NCBI GenBank assembly: GCA_945877765.1
Contig: CAMDWQ010000005.1
Span: 604-64,603 of the forward strand
Reading direction: 5' to 3'
From: Candidatus Omnitrophota bacterium
GTDB lineage: Bacteria > Omnitrophota > Gorgyraeia > 2-02-FULL-51-18
DNA: 64,000 nt
The notes under the pieces were generated by a model. It was not told the origin of the DNA. It worked only from the letters and a program-made list of their open reading frames with translations, and made no database searches. A program made the translations under genes and the position numbers. This document shows, in pieces, positions 25,734 through 36,214 of this stretch. Each line of letters opens with the position of its first letter. The stretch's first letter is position 1.

Positions 25734-27217
25734 CGGGCCCAATCGCGTGAACGCTTCACCGCCTCTTTCCAACCGGCATAAAGCGCGTCTCTTCCTTTAA
25801 ACTTCGCATCGGGATAAAAAATTCTATCCACCTGCCGCAAACGGTTAAACTCCTGCTGATTTTTCAAAAATCCAACCGCTATTCCCGCTAGCCCCGCCGC
25901 CCCCAATGCCGTCGTTTCCCGCACGAGAGGCCTCTCAACCGGGATTCCTAAAATATTGGCCTGAAACTGCATCAGGAAATCATTGGCGCTAGCTCCCCCA
26001 TCCACCCGCAGTGACCGAAAGCTTCGTCCCGTATCTTTTTTCATCACTTCAAGAATATCCCTCGTCTGATACGCGATCGCTTCCAAAGCCGCCCGCACCA
26101 AATGCTCCCGTTTCGTTCCCCGGGTGATTCCAAATATACTTCCGCGAGCGTGCGGATCCCAATACGGCGCTCCCAACCCCACCAACGCCGGCACAAAATA
26201 AACGCCTTCATTCGAGGCGAGGCTTTCTGCCATTTTCTTGGCGTCTTCGGCTCGGTTTAAAATTTTGATCCCGTCCCGAAGCCACTGAACCGCAGCGCCT
26301 CCGATAAAAACACTTCCCTCGACTGCGTAATCGGTGTGTTTTAAATCACCCAAAGACCATGCCACCGTCGTCAAAAGATTTTTAGAAAATTTAGGAGAGG
26401 ACCCTGTGCTTTCCAGCATAAAAAGACCGGTTCCGTAGGTATTTTTAATGATGCCGGATTTAAAACAGCCCTGCGCAAAAGAAGCCGCCTGCTGATCGCC
26501 AATCACACCCGTAATCGGAATGCTGGCGCCAAACCATTGCGAATGAAGATCAGCGCACCGGCCGCTAGAGGGCACCACTTTCGGCAAAATAGTTACAGGG
26601 ACACGAAAAATTTTACAAAGCTGGGAATCCCACTGTTTGGTTTTCAAATTAAATAGCATTGTACGCGAGGCATTGGAGGAATCAGTCACATGCGATTGGC
26701 CTTGAGATAATTTCCAGATGATCCACGAATCAATCGTGCCCGAGAGAATCTCCCCACGGCCCGCCTTGGCACGAGCCCCCTTGATATGATCCAAAAGCCA
26801 CGTCAATTTGCTAGCGCTAAAATAAGCATCTAGAAAAAGACCTGTTTTGGCATGAATTGTTTTTTCAAAACCTTTGTTTTTAAGCGCCTGACAAAAAGCT
26901 GCCGTCCGTCGGCACTGCCAGACAATCGCGTTGTGCAAGGGCTTGCCAGTTTTCTTATCCCAGATCAAAATCGTCTCCCGCTGATTGGTGATACCAATCG
27001 CCGCGATCGCGGAAGGTTTTATTTTTTTAAATGTTTTTGCCAGGATTCTCCGTACACTTTGCCATATTTCCTCGGGGTCATGCTCGACCCACCCAGGCTT
27101 AGGAAAAATTTGGGTAAATTCCTCATAAGCCTGAAAAACAATTTTTTGGGAACGGTCAAACACAATCGCGCGGTTCCCCGTCGTTCCCAGGTCCAATGCT
27201 AAAATGTATTTTTTCAT
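25730..27217 (-). CDS. glpK: glycerol kinase
   Basis: 'LALDLGTTGNRAIVFD', 'PGWVEHDPEEIW', FGGY-family signatures over the full 495-aa length. Confidence 0.9.
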   Translation of the reverse strand: MKKYILALDLGTTGNRAIVFDRSQKIVFQAYEEFTQIFPKPGWVEHDPEEIWQSVRRILAKTFKKIKPSAIAAIGITNQRETILIWDKKTGKPLHNAIVWQCRRTAAFCQALKNKGFEKTIHAKTGLFLDAYFSASKLTWLLDHIKGARAKAGRGEILSGTIDSWIIWKLSQGQSHVTDSSNASRTMLFNLKTKQWDSQLCKIFRVPVTILPKVVPSSGRCADLHSQWFGASIPITGVIGDQQAASFAQGCFKSGIIKNTYGTGLFMLESTGSSPKFSKNLLTTVAWSLGDLKHTDYAVEGSVFIGGAAVQWLRDGIKILNRAEDAKKMAESLASNEGVYFVPALVGLGAPYWDPHARGSIFGITRGTKREHLVRAALEAIAYQTRDILEVMKKDTGRSFRSLRVDGGASANDFLMQFQANILGIPVERPLVRETTALGAAGLAGIAVGFLKNQQEFNRLRQVDRIFYPDAKFKGRDALYAGWKEAVKRSRDWAR

Positions 27218-27241
27218 TCTGCCTCCCGTCTGGCTACACCC

Positions 27242-27272
27242 GGTGCCATAGGGGTCAGACCCCTATGGCACC
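27242..27272. repeat. single REP palindrome (31-bp perfect palindrome)
   Basis: 'ggtgccataggggtcagacccctatggcacc' between glpK and cobO. Confidence 0.6.
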
Positions 27273-27274
27273 GA

Positions 27275-27832
27275 CTAAAAATCGATTCCCTTTTGTGCCT
27301 GAATCCCCTTTTGAAACGGGTGCTTAATCTCCTTCATCTCCGTCACCAGATCCGCCCGTTCAATAATCTCCGGCTTGGCGTTACGCCCAGTAAGAATAAG
27401 GTGAGTCTTGACAGGTTTTTTATCAATCATCTCAAGCACGTCCGCTAGACCCACCAATTTTATGTCTAGATAATCAATGGCGTAAAGCACTTCATCCAAA
27501 ACCACGACATCATACAAGCCAGAGAAAATTTTTTCTTTTGCCAATAAAACCGCATCTTCTGCCGCTTGTTGATGCTCCGCTAATGGCTTCTTATCCCCCA
27601 TGATGCTGACAAAACCTTTGCCCAGCTGCAGGATTTCAAGACGAGGATGATTTTTAGCGCTTTCGAGCTCACCAAACACCACCGGCCAATCCCCCTTAAA
27701 AAACTGGATCACCAAGACCCGCATCCCATGCCCCAGCGCCCGAAACACATTCCCCAGCGCTGCGGATGTCTTGCCTTTACCGTTGCCGGTGTAGACAATG
27801 ACCAGGCCCTTCGTTTTAGGGGAGGCGGTCAA
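27275..27832 (-). CDS. cob(I)yrinic acid a,c-diamide adenosyltransferase (CobO/BtuR family)
   Basis: 'GLVIVYTGNGKGKTSAALG' P-loop and C-terminal 'ADLVTEMKEIKHPF' typical of the CobA/CobO family. Confidence 0.75.
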   Translation of the reverse strand: MTASPKTKGLVIVYTGNGKGKTSAALGNVFRALGHGMRVLVIQFFKGDWPVVFGELESAKNHPRLEILQLGKGFVSIMGDKKPLAEHQQAAEDAVLLAKEKIFSGLYDVVVLDEVLYAIDYLDIKLVGLADVLEMIDKKPVKTHLILTGRNAKPEIIERADLVTEMKEIKHPFQKGIQAQKGIDF

Positions 27833-28241
27833 AACGCTCCATCAGTTCGTTGATCACTTTTTCATTAGCGGGCGGGAATTTAAAATTTTTTAATTGGGCG
27901 ACATCCGACCACTGAGCTTTCTGGCATTCCAATGCCCTGGGCTCACCGGATACCAGCGAGCAGAGATAAAAATTAAGCCAGATAATTCTCTCTTTGTATA
28001 AATGGCGAATCTCCATTAGCTTTTGCTCCACCTTCACTTCAACCCCCGTCTCTTCGCGCGCTTCGCGCACAGCACACTCCTCAAAAGTTTCTCCCTCATT
28101 TTTTTTACCGCCAGGAAATTCCCAATAATTGGCAAACGAGTCATCTTTGTTTCTTTGGGAAATCAAAAAATTACGGCCGCTTCGAATAATCGCGACCCCG
28201 CAGGGGATAAAGCTGCCATTGGGCGTACTGTTTACTTTCAC
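27816..28241 (-). CDS. NUDIX hydrolase (MutT-like)
   Basis: Nudix box 'GGKKNEGETFEECAVREAREETGVEV'. Confidence 0.7.
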   Translation of the reverse strand: MKVNSTPNGSFIPCGVAIIRSGRNFLISQRNKDDSFANYWEFPGGKKNEGETFEECAVREAREETGVEVKVEQKLMEIRHLYKERIIWLNFYLCSLVSGEPRALECQKAQWSDVAQLKNFKFPPANEKVINELMERFDRLP

Positions 28242-28636
28242 TTGACCTGCAGTATTCTTTTTTTGACCAGGGATACAATTTTTTCATCATATCCCAGATA
28301 GGGACAGAGACTAATTTTTACACCAGCGTATTTTTTGATTTCAGTGGTAATGATTTCGGGGATATCCGACTGGACATGCTTTCCCATTAAAATAAAATAA
28401 GGCAAAATGCGGATTTGCTTAGCCCCTTTTTTAACACAAAATTCAATCGCCTCTTGAATGGAAGGATACGTAATTTCAAGATACGCGCACACCACGCGCG
28501 AAAAACGCTTATCTTTTTGGATTTGTGAGGCGACCTTTACCATCGCTTGTTGAAAACCTTCCTGGCGGCTGCCATGGCCGACCAGAATGACAAAATATCT
28601 TTGGGGCGGTGCGGCTAGCGATCTAGATGACTTCAC
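28238..28636 (-). CDS. sirohydrochlorin cobaltochelatase, small CbiX form
   Basis: 'YFVILVGHGSR' N-terminal motif. 132 aa. Next to the cobO-like gene. Confidence 0.6.
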   Translation of the reverse strand: MKSSRSLAAPPQRYFVILVGHGSRQEGFQQAMVKVASQIQKDKRFSRVVCAYLEITYPSIQEAIEFCVKKGAKQIRILPYFILMGKHVQSDIPEIITTEIKKYAGVKISLCPYLGYDEKIVSLVKKRILQVK

Positions 28637-29378
28637 AAGACTTTTTCAATACCCAGCCGGTCGTCTTATCTTGGAGAGCGATGTAATACCACTTGTCCGT
28701 CTGGTCAATCACGCGGGCTTTAGCGCCTTCGTGAAGGACGAACGCTTTAGTCTCTTTATCAGAGGGACCGTACCGCGCGGTGACTTCTTTTTCCAATACA
28801 ACCAAAAACGGGTCTTTCGCCGAAAGCCAACGAAAATAAAAAGCGGTTCCCGTCAAAATTAATAGCAGTGTAAAAAATCCCCCAATCCCAGCCGTCATGG
28901 ATTTTGATTGATGAAAGAAAAAATTTAGAACTGATACAATAAACAAAATCACCATGATGAAAGCAAATAGCAAGGCTATCTCGTCCACCGTAACCCAATT
29001 CAGTATCCTTTGGGCGCTTGAGATAAACACATTTTCATCGCTGTCGGCAATTCGGTCCGCCAGCGTCGTTTTGAGCACCGACTTATTCCATTCCACGTCA
29101 CGATCCCGAGGGGCCAGCGCATGCGCCCTTTCATAATCCACCAGAGCGGCACCTTTGTTGCCCGCACGAAAATCAGCATTCCCTAAGTTGTAATACAACG
29201 CGGCCGTCGGTTTACCCGAGGCGGCTGATTTTCGATAGAGGGAAGCCGCTGACACATAATCTCCTGCCTGGTACTTCTCGTTGGCTTCTTGAAATAAAGA
29301 CTTTTCGCCAGAAAACGCGAGCGTCGTTGAAAAAATAAACCCCAAAAATAGTGCCGCCACGATCAATCGTCTCATCAA
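28623..29378 (-). CDS. BatE-like protein (TPR repeats + TM + C-terminal SH3b)
   Basis: Signal peptide, TPR 'YYNLGNADFRAGNKGAALVDYERA', TM segment, C-terminal 'WYYIALQDKTTGWVLK' SH3-like. Last gene of the Bat operon. Confidence 0.55.
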   Translation of the reverse strand: MMRRLIVAALFLGFIFSTTLAFSGEKSLFQEANEKYQAGDYVSAASLYRKSAASGKPTAALYYNLGNADFRAGNKGAALVDYERAHALAPRDRDVEWNKSVLKTTLADRIADSDENVFISSAQRILNWVTVDEIALLFAFIMVILFIVSVLNFFFHQSKSMTAGIGGFFTLLLILTGTAFYFRWLSAKDPFLVVLEKEVTARYGPSDKETKAFVLHEGAKARVIDQTDKWYYIALQDKTTGWVLKKSCEVI

Positions 29379-31270
29379 AGCTTCACCCTTTCAAAAAAAG
29401 TGATCACCCGGTCTGCTAGTTGATAGAGCTCCAGCATATCCTCTTTAGTTTTATTCGACCGCGCAAATCTCCCAGAGGAAAGCTCATCAAATAAATTTTT
29501 AATATTGTTAAAAAGCTCAGGTGCCAGCTCCTCTTTGGCTCGCGCTTCGATCGCGGCCAACGAAACGGCTTGCGGCGATACACCGATCTTGTCGGCAAAA
29601 TAGGTGTAAATAGCCCGCGAAATCTCCGCGTAAAATTCTTCCTGCTTTTCCTCACGTAAGAGCCGCTTGGCATTTTTTAATTTTTGACGTGCCAGCGCAT
29701 GAGAACGTCGAAACCGTAAATCGCTAAGCCCAGAAAAACCATCCGTCTTACGGCCGGCAGCCAGCAAACCAAAAATCATCCAACCTGCCATCAATAGACC
29801 GATCAAGACCCAATAGGCTGGCCTCCGAAATATATTGTATCCCGACACCGCCTGGAAGGGTTGTGAGTTTCGGATAAAACGGATGTCTTTGGCAAGCACA
29901 GACACATCTTCCTTTTGCGCAGGTTCCGGTGCCGACAAAGAATTGGAAGATGGCTCTTCGCTCGACTGGGCGCTTCCGGTTACCACAAGAACGTGCGGAT
30001 CCGACTTCATCACTTTGTATTGTTGGTCTTTAGGGTCAAAGTAGGAAAACTCAATGGCCCCAATCGTATACTTTCCCGGCTTTTTCGGAACAATGATCGT
30101 CTCGGCAATTTTCTCTCCCTCGACAATCAGTTTTTCTTTTGAAATATTCACCGATGAGGAGGAATCGTACACTTTAAAATCATCTAGCTTGGGAAACGCC
30201 GGCATCTCCAGGGTGCTGATATTGCCGCGGCCCCACACACGAGTACGGTAAGTCACCGCATCACCCGTCTGGGCTTCCTTCCTATCCGCGGAACCTTCCA
30301 TTAAGTAGTTACCGACCGCCCCATTAAAACTGGCCGGCTTTCCCTCCAATGGCAGCTCCTTGACCGTAATTTTGACGGGGCCCACCGTTAGATTTTTTGT
30401 CACGATCCGTGTCATGAAAGGCGATTGAAAAGCGCGTTGGGCGCCAAAAATATTGTTGGAAAAGAAATCATCGAACGCATCATTTTCACGGATTTGTACA
30501 TCCGCTACCAAGGTGCCCGGCTCTAGATCATAAACACCTGCTTTTGTCGGGAAAAGTGCCAGCTTGCGGACATCGGCAACCACGTAACGCGATCCGTCTA
30601 AAATTTTTTCGGTGCGCTTGATAGTTTTTTCGGGAGGAAAATCTTCCACCCAAAATCCAGTAGTTACCGGTTCTTTCTCAAAGCCTTTATAAGTGGAGGA
30701 AAGCCGCGTATAAAATGTGTAAGTCAGCATGATCGGCTCGTTGACATAAACCTCGTCTTTATCAAGCCACGCCTGCACAAAAATATCTTTGTCCGAGACG
30801 CTCCCCGTCGGCAGGGCTCGTACCGAGGGCGCGGCCGCGGGACCTGAGGAGCGAGGGGTGGTCGACGAAACTCCCGTCATGGACCCGGCAGAAACAACAT
30901 CCACTTCTAGCGGAGCGACATTAAATGATTTGCCGCCAACAGCAACGATGAAAGGACCAATTTTTTTCTTACCCAGCGAATTGGCGACAAGCACATAGCT
31001 AAATACGCTGCGAGAAGCCATCTGGCTATTGGTCATCGAGATTTCCTGGGAATGACCCTGCGAGTAGGCGGTGAATCCGTCGAGAGCCCCCAACTGAGGG
31101 GTCGAAATTTTTCCTGGAGCATCGGTGATCACCAAATCCATCGTGACTTGGCTTCCAAGCTCAACACGCGAACTTGAGACAGAAGTCTCAATCGTCATCT
31201 CCGACCCGGCCCAAGACACCGGCGCCGTCATCAAACTGAGCGCCGCTATTATCAACCCAAATTTCTTCAT
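29375..31270 (-). CDS. BatD-like protein
   Basis: About 630 aa, signal peptide, C-proximal TM 'YWVLIGLLMAGWMIFGLLAAG'. Position between the batC-like and batE-like genes. Confidence 0.55.
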   Translation of the reverse strand: MKKFGLIIAALSLMTAPVSWAGSEMTIETSVSSSRVELGSQVTMDLVITDAPGKISTPQLGALDGFTAYSQGHSQEISMTNSQMASRSVFSYVLVANSLGKKKIGPFIVAVGGKSFNVAPLEVDVVSAGSMTGVSSTTPRSSGPAAAPSVRALPTGSVSDKDIFVQAWLDKDEVYVNEPIMLTYTFYTRLSSTYKGFEKEPVTTGFWVEDFPPEKTIKRTEKILDGSRYVVADVRKLALFPTKAGVYDLEPGTLVADVQIRENDAFDDFFSNNIFGAQRAFQSPFMTRIVTKNLTVGPVKITVKELPLEGKPASFNGAVGNYLMEGSADRKEAQTGDAVTYRTRVWGRGNISTLEMPAFPKLDDFKVYDSSSSVNISKEKLIVEGEKIAETIIVPKKPGKYTIGAIEFSYFDPKDQQYKVMKSDPHVLVVTGSAQSSEEPSSNSLSAPEPAQKEDVSVLAKDIRFIRNSQPFQAVSGYNIFRRPAYWVLIGLLMAGWMIFGLLAAGRKTDGFSGLSDLRFRRSHALARQKLKNAKRLLREEKQEEFYAEISRAIYTYFADKIGVSPQAVSLAAIEARAKEELAPELFNNIKNLFDELSSGRFARSNKTKEDMLELYQLADRVITFFERVKL

Positions 31271-31284
31271 GACACCCCTTCTAA

Positions 31285-32295
31285 CTACCAATCTTTTTCG
31301 GAAGACCTTCTAGCCTGTATTCTAGAATTTTTCTGTGATCCCTGCAATTTTAAAACTTGCTGCTCCTGGTTCTCAAGCGCCCCCAGAATTTGTTCCGCGC
31401 GAATCTGAGACTCACTGCGCTCCGGGACTTCCTCTTTCGTCTGACCGCCCTCATCCATCCCAGCACCTGACCCCTTTGAATCTTTCGGCTCTTCTTCTTT
31501 GCCTTGATCCTGCTCCTGTCCTGTTTGCGCTTGCTCCTGCCCCTCTTTCTTTTCCTGGCCTTCTTTTTTCTCTTCTTCGCCCGTCGCGCCCTCACCCTCC
31601 TCCGCCTGCCCATCTTCTTGCTTTTCTTCGCCCTTCTGACCTTCCTCTCCAGCCTTCTGCCCTTCTTTCTTCTGACCCTCCGACGCGTCCTGTTCTTTCT
31701 GATTTTCTTTTTGCTCACCCTGGCCTTGGTCCTCCTTCTTATCCTGGCCGGCATCCTGCTTTTTTTGATCCGGCTGATTCTGGCCGCTAGAATCTTTCTT
31801 TTCTTCCTTCTTCTCTTGTTTCTTATCTTCCTTTTTATCTTCTTTCTTTTTGTCCTGATTTTTTTGAGCACTATTTTCTTTGGTCAGAAGCTCAAGATTG
31901 TATTTGGCATCCTGATCCTCTTTATTGAAGCGCAGCGCGTTCTTGTAGGCCTCAATCGCTTTTTCTTTTTGATTTTGCCGAAACCAGCTATTGCCGAGAT
32001 TGTAGTAAGCTTTGGATTTTAAAATGGGGTCTTGCTCACCGCTTGCCGCTTTCTCATACGCCTGGGCGGAAGACTCAAAAGCGTCTTCTTTGAAAAAAGT
32101 ATTTCCCAGATTGTAAAGCGTAAGGGTTTGGCGGGGATCCGACTTTAACGCGCCCTGATATTCCGTGCGCGCTTTGCCGAGCTCCCCTTTTTTATAAAAC
32201 TGATTTCCCTTTTCATTTTTTATCTCGGCAATAGGGCTAAAGCCGCAAAAGAAAATGGCAAGCATCAGTGTCGCCCCTACCGATGTTAGTCTCAT
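31285..32295 (-). CDS. BatC-like TPR protein with long K/E/Q-rich low-complexity tail
   Basis: Signal peptide, TPRs ('YNLGNTFFKEDAFESSAQAYEKA', 'YYNLGNSWFRQNQKEKAIEAYKNAL'), then ~150 aa of KEDKK/EGQ repeats. The KR-rich ORFs 31350..31871 and 31504..32022 are frame artefacts of this region. Confidence 0.55.
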   Translation of the reverse strand: MRLTSVGATLMLAIFFCGFSPIAEIKNEKGNQFYKKGELGKARTEYQGALKSDPRQTLTLYNLGNTFFKEDAFESSAQAYEKAASGEQDPILKSKAYYNLGNSWFRQNQKEKAIEAYKNALRFNKEDQDAKYNLELLTKENSAQKNQDKKKEDKKEDKKQEKKEEKKDSSGQNQPDQKKQDAGQDKKEDQGQGEQKENQKEQDASEGQKKEGQKAGEEGQKGEEKQEDGQAEEGEGATGEEEKKEGQEKKEGQEQAQTGQEQDQGKEEEPKDSKGSGAGMDEGGQTKEEVPERSESQIRAEQILGALENQEQQVLKLQGSQKNSRIQARRSSEKDW

Positions 32296-33281
32296 TTTTT
32301 CCTCTCTGACAAAAACATCTCTATCAAAAGAAGCAAAATGGCAATTAGCAGAAAAAATTGAAAATTCTCCTCATATTCCACGGACCACTCGCTCTTCAAA
32401 TCTTTTTGTTTCATCCCCATCATTTCGTGGACCAATCGGTCGGTCTCAAAATTTCCGCCCGAAGCGCGAAAATAGGCCCCCCGCGTGCGGCTAGCGATAT
32501 CTCTCAATAGGTTTTCGTTGAGCTTGGAGATGACCGTACGGCCGCTGCGGTCTTTTTTGCTGTCGCCGCCGGAATGCTCCGAGGGTAAAGTACCGCCGTC
32601 GTTAGTGCCAATCCCGATAGTAAAAACTCGTATCCCAGACTTCGCCGCGCGGTCAGCCGCTCCCAGCGCATCGGGCTCATGATTTTCCCCATCGGTCAGG
32701 AGTATCACAGCTTTATATTCTTTTTCTTTTTCCGCAAATGCCTGCCCTGACACAGCCAGCGCACGCGCAAGCGAAGTCCCCTGATTACTGATCAACTCCG
32801 GGCTGATCGTAGACAAAAACAATTTGACCGCGTTGTAATCCAGGGTCAGCGGGCATTGAATGACGGCATCCCCCGCAAAAGCGACGATCCCGATACGGTT
32901 TCCCTTTAGCTTCTGAATCAACTCGGTAAGTTCCAATTTTGCTTTCTCAAGGCGGCTGGGGGCGATATCCCTGGCCAACATGCTATTAGAAACATCCACC
33001 GCGATCATGACATCGATTCCTTTTCGCTCCACCCGCGTTTCTTTCTTTCGAAAATGGGGCTGCGCTAGAGCTAAAACAAGGCAAAAAATTGCCAGGACCA
33101 AAAGAATCCTTTTTAGAAAACGCACGGTAAGATTTAGCGATCCTGAAAGCGTCCGCACAAGCTCGCGATCACCAAAGCGCGACAAGGCTTTTTTTCGCCG
33201 CCAGGAGTTCAGGGCAAAAACAGCCGTGACCAGCACCAAGAGCCAAAACCAAATAAAATTTCCGGGCAAACCCCATTCCAT
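32292..33281 (-). CDS. BatB-like von Willebrand factor A protein
   Basis: Two N-terminal TMs, MIDAS 'DVSNSM', vWA fold. Confidence 0.7.
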   Translation of the reverse strand: MEWGLPGNFIWFWLLVLVTAVFALNSWRRKKALSRFGDRELVRTLSGSLNLTVRFLKRILLVLAIFCLVLALAQPHFRKKETRVERKGIDVMIAVDVSNSMLARDIAPSRLEKAKLELTELIQKLKGNRIGIVAFAGDAVIQCPLTLDYNAVKLFLSTISPELISNQGTSLARALAVSGQAFAEKEKEYKAVILLTDGENHEPDALGAADRAAKSGIRVFTIGIGTNDGGTLPSEHSGGDSKKDRSGRTVISKLNENLLRDIASRTRGAYFRASGGNFETDRLVHEMMGMKQKDLKSEWSVEYEENFQFFLLIAILLLLIEMFLSERKK

Positions 33282-33297
33282 TTATTACTCCCCACTT

Positions 33298-33364
33298 GTC
33301 ATTCCCGCGAAGGCGGGAATCAAACCCAGACACGATCCCCGATTAAAGATTTCGGGGATGACAC
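33298..33364. repeat. MITE family A copy between the batA and batB genes
   Basis: 'gtcattcccgcgaaggcgggaatcaaacccagacacgatccccgattaaagatttcggggatgacac'. Confidence 0.55.
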
Positions 33365-33373
33365 AATTAAAAA

Positions 33374-34363
33374 TTAAGGTATTTTTACCAGTAATAAATT
33401 GGTCCACGCAATCTCGATCAACAAAAAGATAAGCGCCGGCCACAAAAACAAAAAGTAATGTTCCTCGTAATGGACAAACTTCTCGACCGTAATCTCTGTT
33501 TTTTCAAGGCTGTCAATATCACGAAAAATATCCCTCAGCGACTGCTGATCCTGGGCACGGAAATATTTTCCGCCTGTCTTGGAGGCAATCTCGGACAAAA
33601 GTTTTTCATCGATTTGTGTCTGCATCTTCATCAAACGGGTTCCAAACGCGGGGTCTTTGACCGGAATATAGGCAAAACCTTCTTTCCCAACACCGACGGT
33701 ATAGACACGGATTTTAAATTGCTTTGCCAATTCAGCGGCAGTCAGAGGATCGATTTCACCGGCGTTGTTTACCCCATCCGTCAAAAGAACAATTATTTTG
33801 CTCTTGGCTTCCGAACCGCGCAGGCGATTTACGGCATTGCCCAAACCAAGACCGATCGCTGTCCCGTCTTCCACCATCCCGATCTGGATCTGATCTAAAA
33901 GCGTCAAAATCGCCTTGTGGTCAATCGTCAACGGGCACTGGGTAAAACTTTGCCCCGCAAAAATGACAAGTCCAATACGGTCATTACTTCTGCCCTCAAT
34001 AAACCGCTTCGCCTCAAGCTTCGCGGCCGTTAGACGATTATCCGGCTGAAAATCCAAAGACGCCATACTCCCCGAAATATCCAGAGCGACCACCAAATCA
34101 ACCACATGGCGGGTCGATTTCTCTTCCCCCGTGCCGGTTTGAGGCCTCATGAGAGCCAGAATAAGAAACGTCAAAGCCGCCAGTCGAAGAAGCGCCGTGA
34201 CCACACGCCGCAGACCGGTTTTTTTCCCGCCGGCAGTCTTGATAAGTTTGAGATTTGAAAACTTCAGCGCACCGTCTTTTCCGATCCAACCCAAAAGGTA
34301 AGCCAGAAAAAAAAGAATCACCGGAATAAAAAATAATAAAAATAGAGGGTCTTTAAATTTCAT
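33374..34363 (-). CDS. BatA-like von Willebrand factor A protein
   Basis: TMs, MIDAS 'LDISGSM', vWA. Confidence 0.7.
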   Translation of the reverse strand: MKFKDPLFLLFFIPVILFFLAYLLGWIGKDGALKFSNLKLIKTAGGKKTGLRRVVTALLRLAALTFLILALMRPQTGTGEEKSTRHVVDLVVALDISGSMASLDFQPDNRLTAAKLEAKRFIEGRSNDRIGLVIFAGQSFTQCPLTIDHKAILTLLDQIQIGMVEDGTAIGLGLGNAVNRLRGSEAKSKIIVLLTDGVNNAGEIDPLTAAELAKQFKIRVYTVGVGKEGFAYIPVKDPAFGTRLMKMQTQIDEKLLSEIASKTGGKYFRAQDQQSLRDIFRDIDSLEKTEITVEKFVHYEEHYFLFLWPALIFLLIEIAWTNLLLVKIP

Positions 34364-35329
34364 CTATTTCCCCTTACTATTTTTGGCGGAAGCTTGCGGC
34401 GGCGGCATCGTCAATTGAGCGAATGCCTCTAAGCGGCCTTTTAGCGTCTGGGCCAACAAACGGTCCGGCACAAAACGAGCAAACTTCACTAGATCCGTTT
34501 TATCAAAAATTTCATTGGCATGCTCCAGCGCCACAGAATCAAAAATGATTTCTTTTAGCAGAGGTTTTATCTCAACGCTGGTATGTTCCATGACATCCAG
34601 GCCATACCTTCTTTCCAAGTACCGGCGTAGAATAGTCGACAACTCACTATAGTGTTCCTTGATTCTTCCCGATGAAAGCCACTCCTTTTCCTGCAAACGT
34701 CTCAACTCAAGTAAAAGTCTCTCGCCTGCGGGCAACCGGCTCTCCATATCCTCTTTTCTTTTCTTTTGGTCCTGGATTAAAAGATAAATCAGAAGCCCTG
34801 TCAAAAGAAGCGCAATAAACCCAAGAAGCCAATCCACCAAATAACGCAGCGGCACGCCGGCAGGTCCCTTGATAGGACGGATATCCGCTTTGTCATCCTT
34901 TGTTTTTCCCACACTAATCACTCGTACCGGAATCTCCGGCGTATTAGCTTCGGCTCGCTGCCCGCCGGTATTCCAGATCACCAGCGGAATCGAGGGAATT
35001 TTAAAATCACCCACTTTGAAAATGGTTAGGCGTAGAGTCACTGTCTGCAAGACCCCGTTGCCCTTTTTGGTGACCAATGGCTTATCAATGGACCTGATCT
35101 CAAAGGGCGCCACGAGCGTTTTGGCGGAAATCGGTTCAATCAAAACCCCTGGGGGAAAGTGAGCCTGGATAACCAACCGGACTTCGTCGCCGACATGAAT
35201 CACCGAAGGAAATACCCGAGCGCTAAGGCCGCCCACGCGCCCTGATGACTCTTCCTCCGTCTGTGCCGCCAATAGAGGCCGCATCAAGAAAACAGCGGCA
35301 ACCATCAGAAGGATTAAAGCTTTTTTCAA
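34364..35329 (-). CDS. membrane protein of the MoxR-DUF58-Bat operon (DUF4381-like position), hypothetical
   Basis: Signal peptide, central TM 'WLLGFIALLLTGLLIYLLI', helical C-terminus. Sits between the DUF58 and batA genes, as in Bat operons. Confidence 0.45.
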   Translation of the reverse strand: MKKALILLMVAAVFLMRPLLAAQTEEESSGRVGGLSARVFPSVIHVGDEVRLVIQAHFPPGVLIEPISAKTLVAPFEIRSIDKPLVTKKGNGVLQTVTLRLTIFKVGDFKIPSIPLVIWNTGGQRAEANTPEIPVRVISVGKTKDDKADIRPIKGPAGVPLRYLVDWLLGFIALLLTGLLIYLLIQDQKKRKEDMESRLPAGERLLLELRRLQEKEWLSSGRIKEHYSELSTILRRYLERRYGLDVMEHTSVEIKPLLKEIIFDSVALEHANEIFDKTDLVKFARFVPDRLLAQTLKGRLEAFAQLTMPPPQASAKNSKGK

Positions 35330-36207
35330 CGGTTAATCCTCCGAATTCTTTTCTTAAAAAACTGAATCAATGGATCGATGTAGGAGGACCCGGCATTGAT
35401 GTTGATAAAATCAATTCCAATCGAAGAGAAAAATTTTTCACGATTTTCCTTGCGCGAAACCCCTTCTTTTTCAAAACGTTTGCGAAAATCAGCGCCAGGA
35501 GCCAGTGAAAAAACTTCGCCGGTCTCCGCGTCTTCCAGATCAATCGAAGCGCCAAATGAGGGGAATGCTTTCTCCGACGGATCTTCGACAACGATGGCGG
35601 TCACGTCATGTTTTTTGTGGGCAATTTTCAAAAGATTGTCATAGTTCTCTGACATAAAATCCGAGACCAGAAATACCGTCGAACGCTTGGTCACGACATT
35701 ATTTAAAAGTTTGAGCGCGCAGTTGATATCGGTACGCTTTCGTTTGGGGCTAAAAGAAAGGATTTCACGAATCACACGCAGCACGTGGGAGCGGCCTTTT
35801 TTAGGGGGGATATATTTTTCTACTTCATCGGTAAATAAAATGAGGCCTACCCGGTCTTTGTTTTTGATGGCAGAGAATGCCAGAAGCGCGCAAATTTCAG
35901 CAATGGTTTCGGATTTGCTTTTGCCATGTGTGCCGTATTGGCCTGAGGAGCTTAGATCTACCAGAAACATTACGCTAAGCTCGCGCTCCTCGACGAATTT
36001 CTTCGTATAAGGCGCTCCCATCCGAGCCGTGACATTCCAATCGATGTCGCGGATATCGTCCTGTGCGTCATATTCACGCACCTCGCTAAACTCCATCCCG
36101 CGGCCTTTAAAGACACTATGATATTCGCCCGCAAAGATGGTATTCACCAGCTTTGAGGTGCTAATTTCAATAAAGCGGACTTTAGCCAGCAGTTCTTTGG
36201 ATATCAT
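35326..36207 (-). CDS. DUF58 domain protein (MoxR partner, vWA-like)
   Basis: 'DIRDIDWNVTARMGAPYTKKFVEERELSVMFLVDLSSS' DUF58 signature. Confidence 0.7.
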   Translation of the reverse strand: MISKELLAKVRFIEISTSKLVNTIFAGEYHSVFKGRGMEFSEVREYDAQDDIRDIDWNVTARMGAPYTKKFVEERELSVMFLVDLSSSGQYGTHGKSKSETIAEICALLAFSAIKNKDRVGLILFTDEVEKYIPPKKGRSHVLRVIREILSFSPKRKRTDINCALKLLNNVVTKRSTVFLVSDFMSENYDNLLKIAHKKHDVTAIVVEDPSEKAFPSFGASIDLEDAETGEVFSLAPGADFRKRFEKEGVSRKENREKFFSSIGIDFININAGSSYIDPLIQFFKKRIRRINR

Positions 36208-36214
36208 AAACCCT

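Noticed and set aside
31350-32022. ORF-track ORFs 31350..31871 (-, KR-rich 173 aa) and 31504..32022 (+, Leu/Phe-rich 172 aa)
   Set aside because: They are alternative-frame or antisense translations of the low-complexity K/E/Q-rich tail of the BatC-like gene (31285..32295). Their composition is a trivial consequence of GAA/AAG repeats.
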